Shown in pieces: positions 1 to 7,961 of a DNA stretch of 24,000 nt. Position numbers and translations under genes: made by a program. The DNA lies in assembly GCA_963667885.2 (NCBI GenBank), contig OY764148.2, forward strand, positions 988,221-1,012,220, written 5' to 3'. Every line of letters begins with the position of its first letter. Within the stretch, counting starts at the first letter, position 1. This DNA comes from Bryobacterales bacterium. Its GTDB lineage: Bacteria > Acidobacteriota > Terriglobia > Bryobacterales > UBA6623. The notes below the pieces were generated by a model. The model worked only from the letters and a program-made list of their open reading frames with translations. It did no database searches and was not told where the DNA came from.

Positions 1-584
1 CGATCTTGCTGCACCGTATCGCTCACAAGCTCTATAACGCCAGACTGAAGCTCATCGCCCGGTTCATCTCCAATTTCTCTCGTTGGCTAACCGGCATCGA
101 GATCCACCCGGGCGCTCAGATCGGGAAACGGTTCTTCATCGACCACGGCATGGGCGTGGTCATCGGAGAGACGACCGTGATCGGCGACGACGTGTTGCTC
201 TACCAGGGCGTCACGCTGGGTGGCACCGGCCACGAGCAGGGGAAGCGGCACCCGACGCTGGGCAACCATGTTGCAGTCGGCTCCAGTGCCACAGTGTTGG
301 GCGATATCCGCATGGGTGACTGGGTCAAGGTCGGCGCCGGCTCAGTCGTTGTCCGCTCCGCTCCAGACCACTCGACAGTCGTCGGTGTGCCAGGCCGCAT
401 CGTGGCGCTGAATGGCATGAAGGTAGAGAACGAGGAGTGGGAGATGCTCGAACACGGTCATCTGCCCGATCCGGTCCAACAAGCGCTCGATACGCTGACC
501 GATCGCATCACTCACCTGGAGCAAGAACTAGAGGCTTCAAAAGAAAAACCGGACGACTTCATCCGGACCATGCCGGGCGGTTAA
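1..584 (+). CDS. cysE: Serine O-acetyltransferase, C-terminal part (5' end lies upstream of the window)
   Basis: Frame 3 is open from the window edge. Hexapeptide-repeat beta-helix with the SAT signature GIEIHPGAQIGKRFFIDHGMGVVIGETTVIGDDVLLYQGVTLGG..GKRHPTLGNHVAVGSSATVLG. Stop TAA at 582-584. Confidence 0.9.
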   Translation, partial: ILLHRIAHKLYNARLKLIARFISNFSRWLTGIEIHPGAQIGKRFFIDHGMGVVIGETTVIGDDVLLYQGVTLGGTGHEQGKRHPTLGNHVAVGSSATVLGDIRMGDWVKVGAGSVVVRSAPDHSTVVGVPGRIVALNGMKVENEEWEMLEHGHLPDPVQQALDTLTDRITHLEQELEASKEKPDDFIRTMPGG

Positions 585-588
585 CACC

Positions 589-1008
589 CTATCCCGGTGT
601 CTCGTGAATGATCTTCGGCGATCCGGTTAGCGTCCGATGCACCGGGCACTTGTGCGCGATCTCGCGGATGCGGGCCCGCTGAGTTTCGTCCAAGTCGCCC
701 TCGATCTTGAAACGCACGATGATGCGCTCGATCTTGCCTTCCGTCTCTTCGCACTCCTTGCAGTCAACCGCATAAACCCGATCGTGCGTGAGATCGACTT
801 CAACCCGCTGCAGATCCCACCCCTTGCGCTTGGCATAAAGCTTGAGAGTGATCGTGATGCAAGCCGCCAAAGCGGAGAGCAGTAGCTCGTAGGGGTCCGG
901 GCCGAGACCGTCGCCGATCCCTTCGGGTTCATCGGCCAATAGCTCGTGCGAAGACGCGCGAACGAGTACCTGGTAATTGTCGAGACTTTCTGAACTGACA
1001 TGTGCCAT
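589..1008 (-). CDS. OsmC/Ohr-family peroxiredoxin-like protein
   Basis: 139-aa ORF with ATG at 1008. OsmC-fold pattern (LLLSALAACITITLKLYAKRKGWDL ... IAHKCPVHRTL) with two conserved Cys. Converges on cysE with 4 nt between the stop codons. Confidence 0.8.
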   Translation of the reverse strand: MAHVSSESLDNYQVLVRASSHELLADEPEGIGDGLGPDPYELLLSALAACITITLKLYAKRKGWDLQRVEVDLTHDRVYAVDCKECEETEGKIERIIVRFKIEGDLDETQRARIREIAHKCPVHRTLTGSPKIIHETPG

Positions 1009-1066
1009 GCGCTTATTGTGGCGGACAGAGCAAAGCTATACTGAGCGTTCTCTGGGGAGGCCTCAA

Positions 1067-3196
1067 TTGACCCGCCGCACTCTATCGTTTTTCGTTGCCA
1101 TAGCCATGAACGCTCTACCTCTCAGCGCCCAGGAGACCGCTATCTCCTACCCCGACACCAAGCGCATCGATCACGTTGACGACTACCACGGCACGGAGGT
1201 CGCCGACCCCTACCGTTGGCTGGAAGACGATGTCCGCGAATCGGAAGACGTAGCCTCCTGGGTTGAGCAGGAGAACGAAGCAACGTTCGCCTATCTGCAC
1301 GCGATCCCCGAGCGCGACCAGATCGAGAAACGCATCACCGAGCTTTGGAACTACGAACGCTACTCGACGTTCTTCAAGGAAGGCGGCCGCTACTACTTCT
1401 TCAAAAACGATGGGCTGCAGAACCAGAGCGTGCTCTACATGCAGGACTCGCTTGAGGATGAGCCCGAGATGCTGCTCAACCCAAACGTGTGGTCCGAAGA
1501 CGGGACGACCGCACTCTCAAGCATCGAGTTCAGCGAAGACGGCCGCTACGCAGCCTACTCACGCAGTGAAGGCGGATCCGACTGGCAGACCGTGCACGTC
1601 ATGGAGATCGAGTCGAAGAAGCTGCTCGACGACCAACTCGACTGGGTCAAGTTCAGTGCCTTGGTTTGGACCAAAGACGGCGAGGGTTTCTTCTACACTC
1701 GCTTCCCTCAACCGGAAGAGGGTGCGGAGTTCCAGTCCACCAATCTGCATAACAAGCTCTACTACCACCGCGTCGGCACGCCGCAGTCAGATGACGTTCT
1801 CGTCTACGAACGGCCTGAGGAACCCGAGTGGGGATTTTCACCCGACCTTTCTTCCGATGGACGGCACTTGGTGATCCACGTTTGGAAAGGCACCGACGCT
1901 CGCTACCGCGTCCTTCACAAGGACCTGGAAGAGCCTTACGGCGCTCCGGTCGAGCTGATCTCCAACTTCGACCAGGAGTACACCTTCATCGATGCCGAGG
2001 GCTCGAAGCTATACTTCCTCAGCGACTTGGATGCACCGCGTCGACGAGTGATCACATTCGACCTCGACCACCCCGATACGGCCCCGGTCGAGATCATCGC
2101 CGAGTCGGCAGACACACTCGTTGGCGTCACCTTGGTGGGTGACCTTCTCGTCGCGGACTACCTCAAAGACGCCCGCTCGTCGGTCCGCATCCATCGCCTC
2201 AACGGCGACTTCGTTCGCGAAGTCGAGTTACCCGGCATCGGTACCGCTGGCGGATTCTCAGGATCCCGTAGCGATCTCGAGACCTTCTACTCGTTCTCGG
2301 GATACGCAACACCTCCGACGATCTATCGCTACGACATGTTGACCGGCGAGAGCACACTGCTGAGGCAGGCCGCCGTCAACTTCGATTCCACTCAGTACGT
2401 CACCGAGCAGGTCTTCTACACGAGCAAAGACGGCACCCGAATTCCGATGTTTCTGACCCACCAGAAGGGGCTAGAGAAGAACGGCGCCAACCCAACGCTA
2501 CTCTACGGCTACGGCGGGTTCAACATCTCGATCACTCCCGCCTTCTCGGTCCGCTGGATGACTTGGCTGGACCTGGGCGGCCTGCTGGCAGTGCCCAACC
2601 TGCGCGGCGGTGGCGAGTACGGCGAAGATTGGCACCAGGCAGGAATCAAGCAAAGGAAGCAAAATGTCTTCGATGACTTTATCGCCGCCGCCGAGTGGCT
2701 GATCGAGAACGACTACACACGCACGGACAAGCTAGCCGTCCATGGACGCTCGAACGGTGGACTCCTCGTCGGTGCGGTAATGACCCAGCGACCGGAGCTA
2801 TTTGGCGCTGCCCTCCCCGGCGTGGGCGTCATGGACATGCTGCGCTTCCACCAGTTCACCGCGGGCCGCTATTGGGTCGACGACTACGGCTCAGCGGACA
2901 ATGCGGACGAGTTCCCGGCACTACTCGCCTACTCGCCCTATCACAACCTCGACAACCACTCCGACTACCCGCCGACCCTCATCACCACCGCCGACACCGA
3001 CGATCGTGTCGTACCGGGCCACAGCTTCAAGTTCGCCGCCGAACTGCAGCACAACCAGCAAGGCGCCGCACCGGTTTTGATCCGCATCGAGACCTCTGCA
3101 GGACATGGCGCAGGGCTCCCCACCTCGAAGCGCATCGAAGAGTTGGCCGATACCTGGGCGTTCTTGGTGAAGAGTCTGGGCATGGCGCTTGACTAG
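1067..3196 (+). CDS. Prolyl oligopeptidase (S9A family serine peptidase), secreted
   Basis: ORF is open from 977. TTG at 1067 follows GGGGAGG (1054-1060) and yields a signal-like N-terminus, LTRRTLSFFVAIAMNALPLSAQE. S9A hallmarks: DPYRWLEDD, nucleophile elbow GRSNGGLL, DDRV, SAGHGAG. The start codon is uncertain; ATG 1007 is the alternative. Confidence 0.9.
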   Translation: MTRRTLSFFVAIAMNALPLSAQETAISYPDTKRIDHVDDYHGTEVADPYRWLEDDVRESEDVASWVEQENEATFAYLHAIPERDQIEKRITELWNYERYSTFFKEGGRYYFFKNDGLQNQSVLYMQDSLEDEPEMLLNPNVWSEDGTTALSSIEFSEDGRYAAYSRSEGGSDWQTVHVMEIESKKLLDDQLDWVKFSALVWTKDGEGFFYTRFPQPEEGAEFQSTNLHNKLYYHRVGTPQSDDVLVYERPEEPEWGFSPDLSSDGRHLVIHVWKGTDARYRVLHKDLEEPYGAPVELISNFDQEYTFIDAEGSKLYFLSDLDAPRRRVITFDLDHPDTAPVEIIAESADTLVGVTLVGDLLVADYLKDARSSVRIHRLNGDFVREVELPGIGTAGGFSGSRSDLETFYSFSGYATPPTIYRYDMLTGESTLLRQAAVNFDSTQYVTEQVFYTSKDGTRIPMFLTHQKGLEKNGANPTLLYGYGGFNISITPAFSVRWMTWLDLGGLLAVPNLRGGGEYGEDWHQAGIKQRKQNVFDDFIAAAEWLIENDYTRTDKLAVHGRSNGGLLVGAVMTQRPELFGAALPGVGVMDMLRFHQFTAGRYWVDDYGSADNADEFPALLAYSPYHNLDNHSDYPPTLITTADTDDRVVPGHSFKFAAELQHNQQGAAPVLIRIETSAGHGAGLPTSKRIEELADTWAFLVKSLGMALD

Positions 3197-3257
3197 AGCC
3201 CCTCAGACAGCGCAGCTCAATTGAATTGAGTATCATACGGGCAAACCCAAATGGCGA

Positions 3258-4178
3258 ATGAAAGGCGAATCCATAATGCCCGATAGACCTAATGAACGAT
3301 CAGTGAGTCACGAGTTTGGTGGCGAATGGACCGAGCGGAAGCTGAACATCATTGAGAAGTACCTTAGCGCCTACACCACTGCTCTGAAGAACCAACCCTT
3401 CCGAAAAAGCTACATCGATGCATTCGCCGGAACAGGTTATCGATCAGAACCCAATAATACGCCTGAGGGGAAGGCGGATCGCCTCCTGCTGCCTGAGCTT
3501 GCCGAAGAGGAACCGCAGAAGGTGCTGGAAGGCTCCGTACGACGTGCGCGCCAGTTGAATCCGCCGTTTGACGACTACACGTTTATCGAGAAAAGCAAGA
3601 TCAAACACCGAGCGCTTCTAGGCATCAAGGAGGAGTTCCCCCATCTGGCGGCCAACATTGAGATCATCCAGGACGATGCCAACTCGGCTATCAAAAACCT
3701 GTGTTCGGAGGACTGGTCGGCAAGACGTGCTGTACTGTTCCTGGATCCCTACGGAATGCAGGTGGAGTGGAGCACTATAGAGGCCATTGCAAAGACAGCA
3801 GCGATAGACATGTGGCTGCTCTTTCCTCAGGGCATGGCGGTGAACAGGATGCTAGGGGCAGCGGACAGGTTTCCATCTTGGCGAGCCAGCGTAGACAGAT
3901 CGTTCGGTCCCGACGATTGGCGGGACGAATTGATGCCAGTGAGCGCCCAGCAGTCGCTGTTCGGAGGGGAGGAACTAAGGTCCAAGGTGGCCATCGAGCA
4001 GATTGGACAGTACTTCGTACGCAGGCTCAAGTCCGTGTTCCCGGCGGTCGCCCCTAATCCCGCCATCTTGGGCAACTCCACCTGTCCGCTTTATCTGCTC
4101 TGTTTTGCAGCAGGAAACGAGAGGGGTGGCAAGCTCGCCCTCCGGATCGCGAACTATATTCTGAGAGCAGAAGGCTAG
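3258..4178 (+). CDS. tcmP: Three-Cys-motif partner protein (TcmP-like); Rossmann amino-methyltransferase-like motifs
   Basis: 306-aa ORF with the N-terminal HEFGGEWTERKL typical of the TcmP family as I recall it. Ordered motifs: IDAFAGTG (res 53-60), FIEKS, IQDDAN, LFLDPYG (res 160-166). ATG 3276 is an alternative start. Stop TAG at 4176-4178 lies 3 nt before the next ATG. Confidence 0.75.
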   Translation: MKGESIMPDRPNERSVSHEFGGEWTERKLNIIEKYLSAYTTALKNQPFRKSYIDAFAGTGYRSEPNNTPEGKADRLLLPELAEEEPQKVLEGSVRRARQLNPPFDDYTFIEKSKIKHRALLGIKEEFPHLAANIEIIQDDANSAIKNLCSEDWSARRAVLFLDPYGMQVEWSTIEAIAKTAAIDMWLLFPQGMAVNRMLGAADRFPSWRASVDRSFGPDDWRDELMPVSAQQSLFGGEELRSKVAIEQIGQYFVRRLKSVFPAVAPNPAILGNSTCPLYLLCFAAGNERGGKLALRIANYILRAEG

Positions 4179-4181
4179 GAC

Positions 4182-4898
4182 ATGGCACAGAAGTCAGAGA
4201 TCGAATGGACTCAATCCACCTGGAACCCGGTTACAGGCTGTACCAAGGTGAGTGCAGGCTGCAAGAACTGCTATGCGGAGCGCATGGCTGAACGGCTCAA
4301 ATTGATGGGGCAACGCAACTATCGACGAGGCTTTCAGCTTACTCTACAGCCCCACATGCTCGAACTTCCACTTACGTGGAAGACTCCACAAACGATTTTC
4401 GTTAACTCCATGAGCGACCTCTTCCATGAAGACGTGCCTCTCAGTTACATCAACTCCGTCTTCGACGTGATGAGACGAGCTTCTTGGCACCACTTTCAGA
4501 TTTTGACCAAGAGATCGAAACGACTACGGCGCGTAGCTCCAAGCATCGATTGGCCAAGCAATGTTTGGATGGGAGTCAGCGTCGAGTCCGGGGACCACGT
4601 GAACCGGATTGACGATCTTCGCCGAACGGGAGCAGCCGTGAAGTTCCTCTCACTGGAGCCATTGCTGGGCCCCTTGCATGACTTGAATTTACGTGACATC
4701 GACTGGATTATTGTCGGCGGTGAGTCAGGCCCAAGAGCACGGCCGATTGATCCGGACTGGGTTATCGACCTCCGAGATCAGTGTCAGCAAGCGGAAGTGC
4801 CATTCTTCTTCAAGCAGTGGGGCGGCGTAAATAAGAAAAAGACTGGGAGACTCTTGGGGGGGCGGACCTGGGACGTGAACGACCGGTCTGATAGGTAA
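4182..4898 (+). CDS. Phage Gp37/Gp68-family protein (DUF5131), three-Cys motif
   Basis: 238 aa. WNPVTGC-x6-C-x2-CYA (Cys20/27/30, nt 4239-4271), then [55 protein letters not shown] sits 7 nt upstream of the ATG. The last five codons and the stop (GAC CGG TCT GAT AGG TAA) lie in the IS terminal repeat. Confidence 0.85.
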   Translation: MAQKSEIEWTQSTWNPVTGCTKVSAGCKNCYAERMAERLKLMGQRNYRRGFQLTLQPHMLELPLTWKTPQTIFVNSMSDLFHEDVPLSYINSVFDVMRRASWHHFQILTKRSKRLRRVAPSIDWPSNVWMGVSVESGDHVNRIDDLRRTGAAVKFLSLEPLLGPLHDLNLRDIDWIIVGGESGPRARPIDPDWVIDLRDQCQQAEVPFFFKQWGGVNKKKTGRLLGGRTWDVNDRSDR

Positions 4899-4926
4899 CA
4901 CTCTAAACCGGACGGATGGGTAACAG
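4881..4926. repeat. IS left terminal inverted repeat (two sub-repeats)
   Basis: GACCGGTCTGATAGGTAACAC (4881-4901), then TCTA, then AACCGGACGGATGGGTAACAG (4906-4926). Confidence 0.8.
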
Positions 4927-4937
4927 TATAGGCGGTG

Positions 4938-4965
4938 GTCAGTGGCCCCCGCGGGGGCCACTGAC
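4938..4965. repeat. Perfect 28-bp palindrome GTCAGTGGCCCCCGCGGGGGCCACTGAC
   Basis: Read directly from the sequence. It overlaps the transposase stop codon (4939-4941) inside the IS left end. No U-tract follows on either strand. Confidence 0.95.
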
Positions 4966-6132
4966 TGCCGAGCCGAGCGGCCACAGTACGCGGTTGGCGG
5001 CGTCGAACAAGGCGAGTTCCACCGGACCGAACCAGATCTGCCAAATGGCTTCGTCCACTTCGACTAGCCCGACCAACTCGCGAGCCAACGCTTCACTCAG
5101 GAAGTACTTCTCGCCGAGGAACTTGATGCGTCCGTCGTGGCGCACTCGTCGGCGCTCCCAGTGCCCCGGGTAATCCAGATCAGCAAGCTCGCTGGGATAG
5201 GCGCGTGTTGCTGGTGCATAGAACGCCGCCGGGGGCCGCTGTCTCAACGCTTCATGCGGACGTTCTTGGTTGTATTCATGACGAAAGAGGTCGAAGCGGC
5301 GCTGCTGTCGGCGACGATCGCCAGCCGGAGGTCTCACTGTCTCGGCTTTGAGCGTGCGGTGTAGCCGCTCGTGGCGACCGTTCTGCTGCGGCTTGCCCGG
5401 CTCGATGCGCTCCACCGCAATGCCCAGCTTCAGCCACCAGACGTTCAACCGGCTCAAGCGTCCGGTGCCGATGGAGGCGAACGGCGAACCGTTGTCTGAG
5501 CGTATCCTTCGTGGCAGCCCGCGCTCCAGAAACAACCGCTCCAAGCCTCGGCGGGCCTCGGCGTAGGATGTGCCCACGTGTGCGGTGCAGTTGAGCAGGA
5601 AACGACTATATCCGTCGACGACCGTTAGCGGATAACACAGCACGCCGTCGCCGGTGCGAAACTGCCCCTTGTAGTCGATCGTCCAGAGGTCGTTGGGCGC
5701 TTCGGGTTCGCGCAACGGACTGGGTGCCGCTTCGGCCAGTCGCCGCATCCGCTTGCGCCCGCGAACGAGTCCGGCTCGCTTCAGCGCGTCGCCGATCGTC
5801 GACGCCGCTGGCCAGCTTGTCTGTGACTCTTTCGACTCCAGCCAGGCCCTGAGCTTCTTCGGCCCCCAACTCGGATGCTGCCGACGCGCTTCTATCACTC
5901 GTCGCTCGACCGACTCGGGTATCCGACCGGGCTGACGGTGTGCCGCGTGCGAGCGGTCTTCCAGCTCTGGCCAACCGCCTTGACGGAAGCGTTCTAACCA
6001 CTTGTATCCGGTCCTGCGGCTGATCCCGTAGAGTCGACACAGCGCCGCCACGTTCGTCGCCGCCCCCGCTCGCAGCCAGTCTTCAATGAATCTCTTGCGT
6101 TCTTCCATCGGATAGGTCTCCTTCCATGGCAT
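4939..6132 (-). CDS. IS481-family transposase (HTH + DDE/rve integrase core)
   Basis: 397 aa. The N-terminal HTH region (MPWKETYPMEERKRFIEDW..LCRLYGISRRTGYKWLERF) and integrase core (WTIDYKGQF...SDNGSPF...ERLHRTLK) are typical of IS481-like transposases. Confidence 0.9.
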   Translation of the reverse strand: MPWKETYPMEERKRFIEDWLRAGAATNVAALCRLYGISRRTGYKWLERFRQGGWPELEDRSHAAHRQPGRIPESVERRVIEARRQHPSWGPKKLRAWLESKESQTSWPAASTIGDALKRAGLVRGRKRMRRLAEAAPSPLREPEAPNDLWTIDYKGQFRTGDGVLCYPLTVVDGYSRFLLNCTAHVGTSYAEARRGLERLFLERGLPRRIRSDNGSPFASIGTGRLSRLNVWWLKLGIAVERIEPGKPQQNGRHERLHRTLKAETVRPPAGDRRRQQRRFDLFRHEYNQERPHEALRQRPPAAFYAPATRAYPSELADLDYPGHWERRRVRHDGRIKFLGEKYFLSEALARELVGLVEVDEAIWQIWFGPVELALFDAANRVLWPLGSAVSGPRGGH

Positions 6133-6141
6133 CTCGCCATG

Positions 6142-6187
6142 GTGTTACCTATCCGCCCGGTCTAACCTGTTACCCTTCCGCCCGGTC
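6142..6187. repeat. IS right terminal inverted repeat (two sub-repeats)
   Basis: Plus strand reads GTGTTACCTATCCGCCCGGTC (6142-6162), TAAC, CTGTTACCCTTCCGCCCGGTC (6167-6187). Reverse complements are GACCGGGCGGATAGGTAACAC and GACCGGGCGGAAGGGTAACAG. The first matches 18/21 to the left outer unit by my recount of the printed strings (my working tally was 19/21), so confirm by alignment. Confidence 0.8.
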
Positions 6188-6255
6188 TGTACACAGACGA
6201 ATTGCCCACTTCTGAATTAGTTAGCGCGGGTCGATGACGCTCGACTGAGCCTACG

Positions 6256-6684
6256 TCAGGATTTCCGTTTTGCCGCTTTCTTCGCCGCCTTCTTGCGAGG
6301 CTTGATCGGGACCGGCATACGCACATTGACGGGCACCAGCGAGGTCGTCAAATGGTCTGCAGCCTCTGGTGAAACCGAGCCCAAGTTGTCGTTGATGTAG
6401 GCGACAAACTCCTGCATCTGGCCCTGCATCTCTTCCATCCTCAGCCGCATGTTGAGGATGATTTCGACGCCAGCCAGATTGACGCCAAGCTCACGCGTCA
6501 GCGACAGGATCACCTCCAGCCGCTCCATGTCGGCCTCGGTAAACATCCTCGTGTTGCCTTCGGTTCTTGAGGGCTTGAGAAGACCTTCGCGCTCGTACAT
6601 ACGCAATGTCTGAGGGTGAATATCAAACTGCTCGGCGACAACCGAGATCGTGTAGGCCCCTTTAATGCGCGTACGTCTTGCCAT
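6256..6684 (-). CDS. hspR: MerR-family heat-shock repressor HspR
   Basis: 142 aa. YTISVVAEQFDIHPQTLRMYEREGLLKPSRTEGNTRMF...GVNLAGVEIILNM matches the HspR pattern. It is the last gene of the dnaK operon, and its ATG 6684 lies 2 nt after the dnaJ stop. Confidence 0.8.
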   Translation of the reverse strand: MARRTRIKGAYTISVVAEQFDIHPQTLRMYEREGLLKPSRTEGNTRMFTEADMERLEVILSLTRELGVNLAGVEIILNMRLRMEEMQGQMQEFVAYINDNLGSVSPEAADHLTTSLVPVNVRMPVPIKPRKKAAKKAAKRKS

Positions 6685-6686
6685 GA

Positions 6687-7847
6687 TTAAACCGACTCGA
6701 ACAGGTCCTTACGCGGGTCATCGGGGTTGAGGTTAGCAAAGTCCCTCATCAGCTCTTTTGTGTTCTCGTCCGCAATTTCGGGAACGACGATCTGAACCTC
6801 GATGAACTGATCGCCTTTCTGCTTCGTCCGCGGATTGAGAACGCCGCGCTCGCGCAGTCGAAAGACCTTGCCCGAACTCGTGCTCGGCGGAACCTTCAGG
6901 AGCGTACGCCCGTCAATCGTCGGGACTTCGACCTTCGCACCCAAGATCGCCTCGTCGAGCCGAATCGGCATCTTGATGCGAATGTCATCGCCCTTGCGCT
7001 TGAAGACCGGGTGCTCACCAACGTTCGTAATGATATAGAGGTCGCCCGCTGGTGCACCCATCGAACCGGCGTTGCCTTTGCGAGCCACGCGCAATCGCGA
7101 GCCGCTTTGCGCGCCCGGAGGAATGCGAACTTCTACCGAATCAGTCCGACTGAGCCGTCCCTCTCCCGAGCACGTGAGGCACGCATTGCGGAGGCTGCCC
7201 GAGCCCTTGCATCGTGGACAGGTCAGGTTAAAGCGCATCGCGCCGACCGCCTGGTCGACCTGTCCGGCACCGCTACACTCAGGACATACGGTGTTGCCCG
7301 TGCCCGCCTGCCCAAGTCCCTTGCAGGCTGAACACTGCTCATAGCGGTTCACGTTGATCTTAAGACTCGTACCGCGGATCGCATCCCAAAAATCGATGTC
7401 GACGGTGTACTCCAGGTCTTCGCCTTTCTTCGGTTGAGCCTGAGGCTGAGCGCCGTGACCCGCACCGCCACCGCCTCGAAAGAACTGTGAAAACAGGTCG
7501 TTGAACCCGCCGCCCGCCTGTCCAGCTCCTGCACCAGCGCTACCGAAATCGAATCCCTCGAAGTTGAAATCGTTGGGGCGTCCGCCGCCTCGCCCTCCGC
7601 CACCAGGGAATCCACCCGGAGAGGCCGTGCCGAACTGGTCGTACATCTCCCGCTTCTGTTTGTCGCCGAGGACGTCATGCGCCTCTTGCAAGTCTTTGAA
7701 GCGATCTTCGGCCGCCTTGTCGCCTGGGTTAACGTCTGGGTGATACTTGCGCGCAAGACGACGGTAGGCCTTGCGAACCTCGTCCGCGGAAGCCGTTCGC
7801 TTCACCCCTAGCGTCTTGTAATAGTCGTTCTTCCCAGCCGCAGCCAT
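6687..7847 (-). CDS. dnaJ: Co-chaperone DnaJ
   Basis: J-domain (DYYKTLGV...YHPDVNPGD), G/F-rich linker, four CxxCxGxG zinc-finger repeats and a C-terminal substrate-binding domain. Confidence 0.95.
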   Translation of the reverse strand: MAAAGKNDYYKTLGVKRTASADEVRKAYRRLARKYHPDVNPGDKAAEDRFKDLQEAHDVLGDKQKREMYDQFGTASPGGFPGGGGRGGGRPNDFNFEGFDFGSAGAGAGQAGGGFNDLFSQFFRGGGGAGHGAQPQAQPKKGEDLEYTVDIDFWDAIRGTSLKINVNRYEQCSACKGLGQAGTGNTVCPECSGAGQVDQAVGAMRFNLTCPRCKGSGSLRNACLTCSGEGRLSRTDSVEVRIPPGAQSGSRLRVARKGNAGSMGAPAGDLYIITNVGEHPVFKRKGDDIRIKMPIRLDEAILGAKVEVPTIDGRTLLKVPPSTSSGKVFRLRERGVLNPRTKQKGDQFIEVQIVVPEIADENTKELMRDFANLNPDDPRKDLFESV

Positions 7848-7896
7848 TTCTTACCCATCATTCACCCGACCAGCGACCGGTCAGGCTCCTAAGCTA

Positions 7897-7935
7897 AACA
7901 GCGGGAGTGCCGCATCGAGCGACTCTCCCGCTGTT
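7897..7935 (-). other. Intercistronic stem-loop between dnaK and dnaJ
   Basis: 11-bp arms AACAGCGGGAG (7897-7907) and CTCCCGCTGTT (7925-7935) with a 17-nt loop. There is no clean U-tract, so this is more likely an attenuator or mRNA-processing/stability element than a full terminator. Confidence 0.35.
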
Positions 7936-7961
7936 GGTGTCGCTCATGGGCTGAACTTCGC

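Larger units (their letters stand above)
4881..6187 (-). mobile_element. IS481-family insertion sequence (apparently intact)
   Basis: A single DDE transposase ORF flanked by inverted ends, each made of two ~21-bp sub-repeats (see the repeat features). Exact termini are uncertain: the outer right unit could be flanking DNA, and the left homology might start a few bp earlier. No clean target-site duplication seen. Confidence 0.75.

Noticed and set aside
977-1066. ATG 977/1007 as the start of prolyl oligopeptidase.
   Set aside because: These starts would overlap the divergent OsmC gene start and add a non-signal-like N-terminus. TTG 1067 has a strong GGGGAGG RBS and gives a signal peptide. Not fully excluded.
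4856-4862. Homopolymeric G tracts (G7 at 4856-4862 in the gp37/68-like gene; G8 at 18224-18231 in the metzincin pseudogene) as phase-variation switches.
   Set aside because: Both are currently in frame with recognisable protein sequence and each is a single tract, so there is no evidence of length heterogeneity from one sequence. They are worth a glance in read data only.
5606-6040. 144-aa alternative-frame ORF and other small ORFs inside the transposase gene.
   Set aside because: They overlap the well-supported DDE transposase frame and show no evidence of programmed frameshifting (the transposase is a single uninterrupted ORF).
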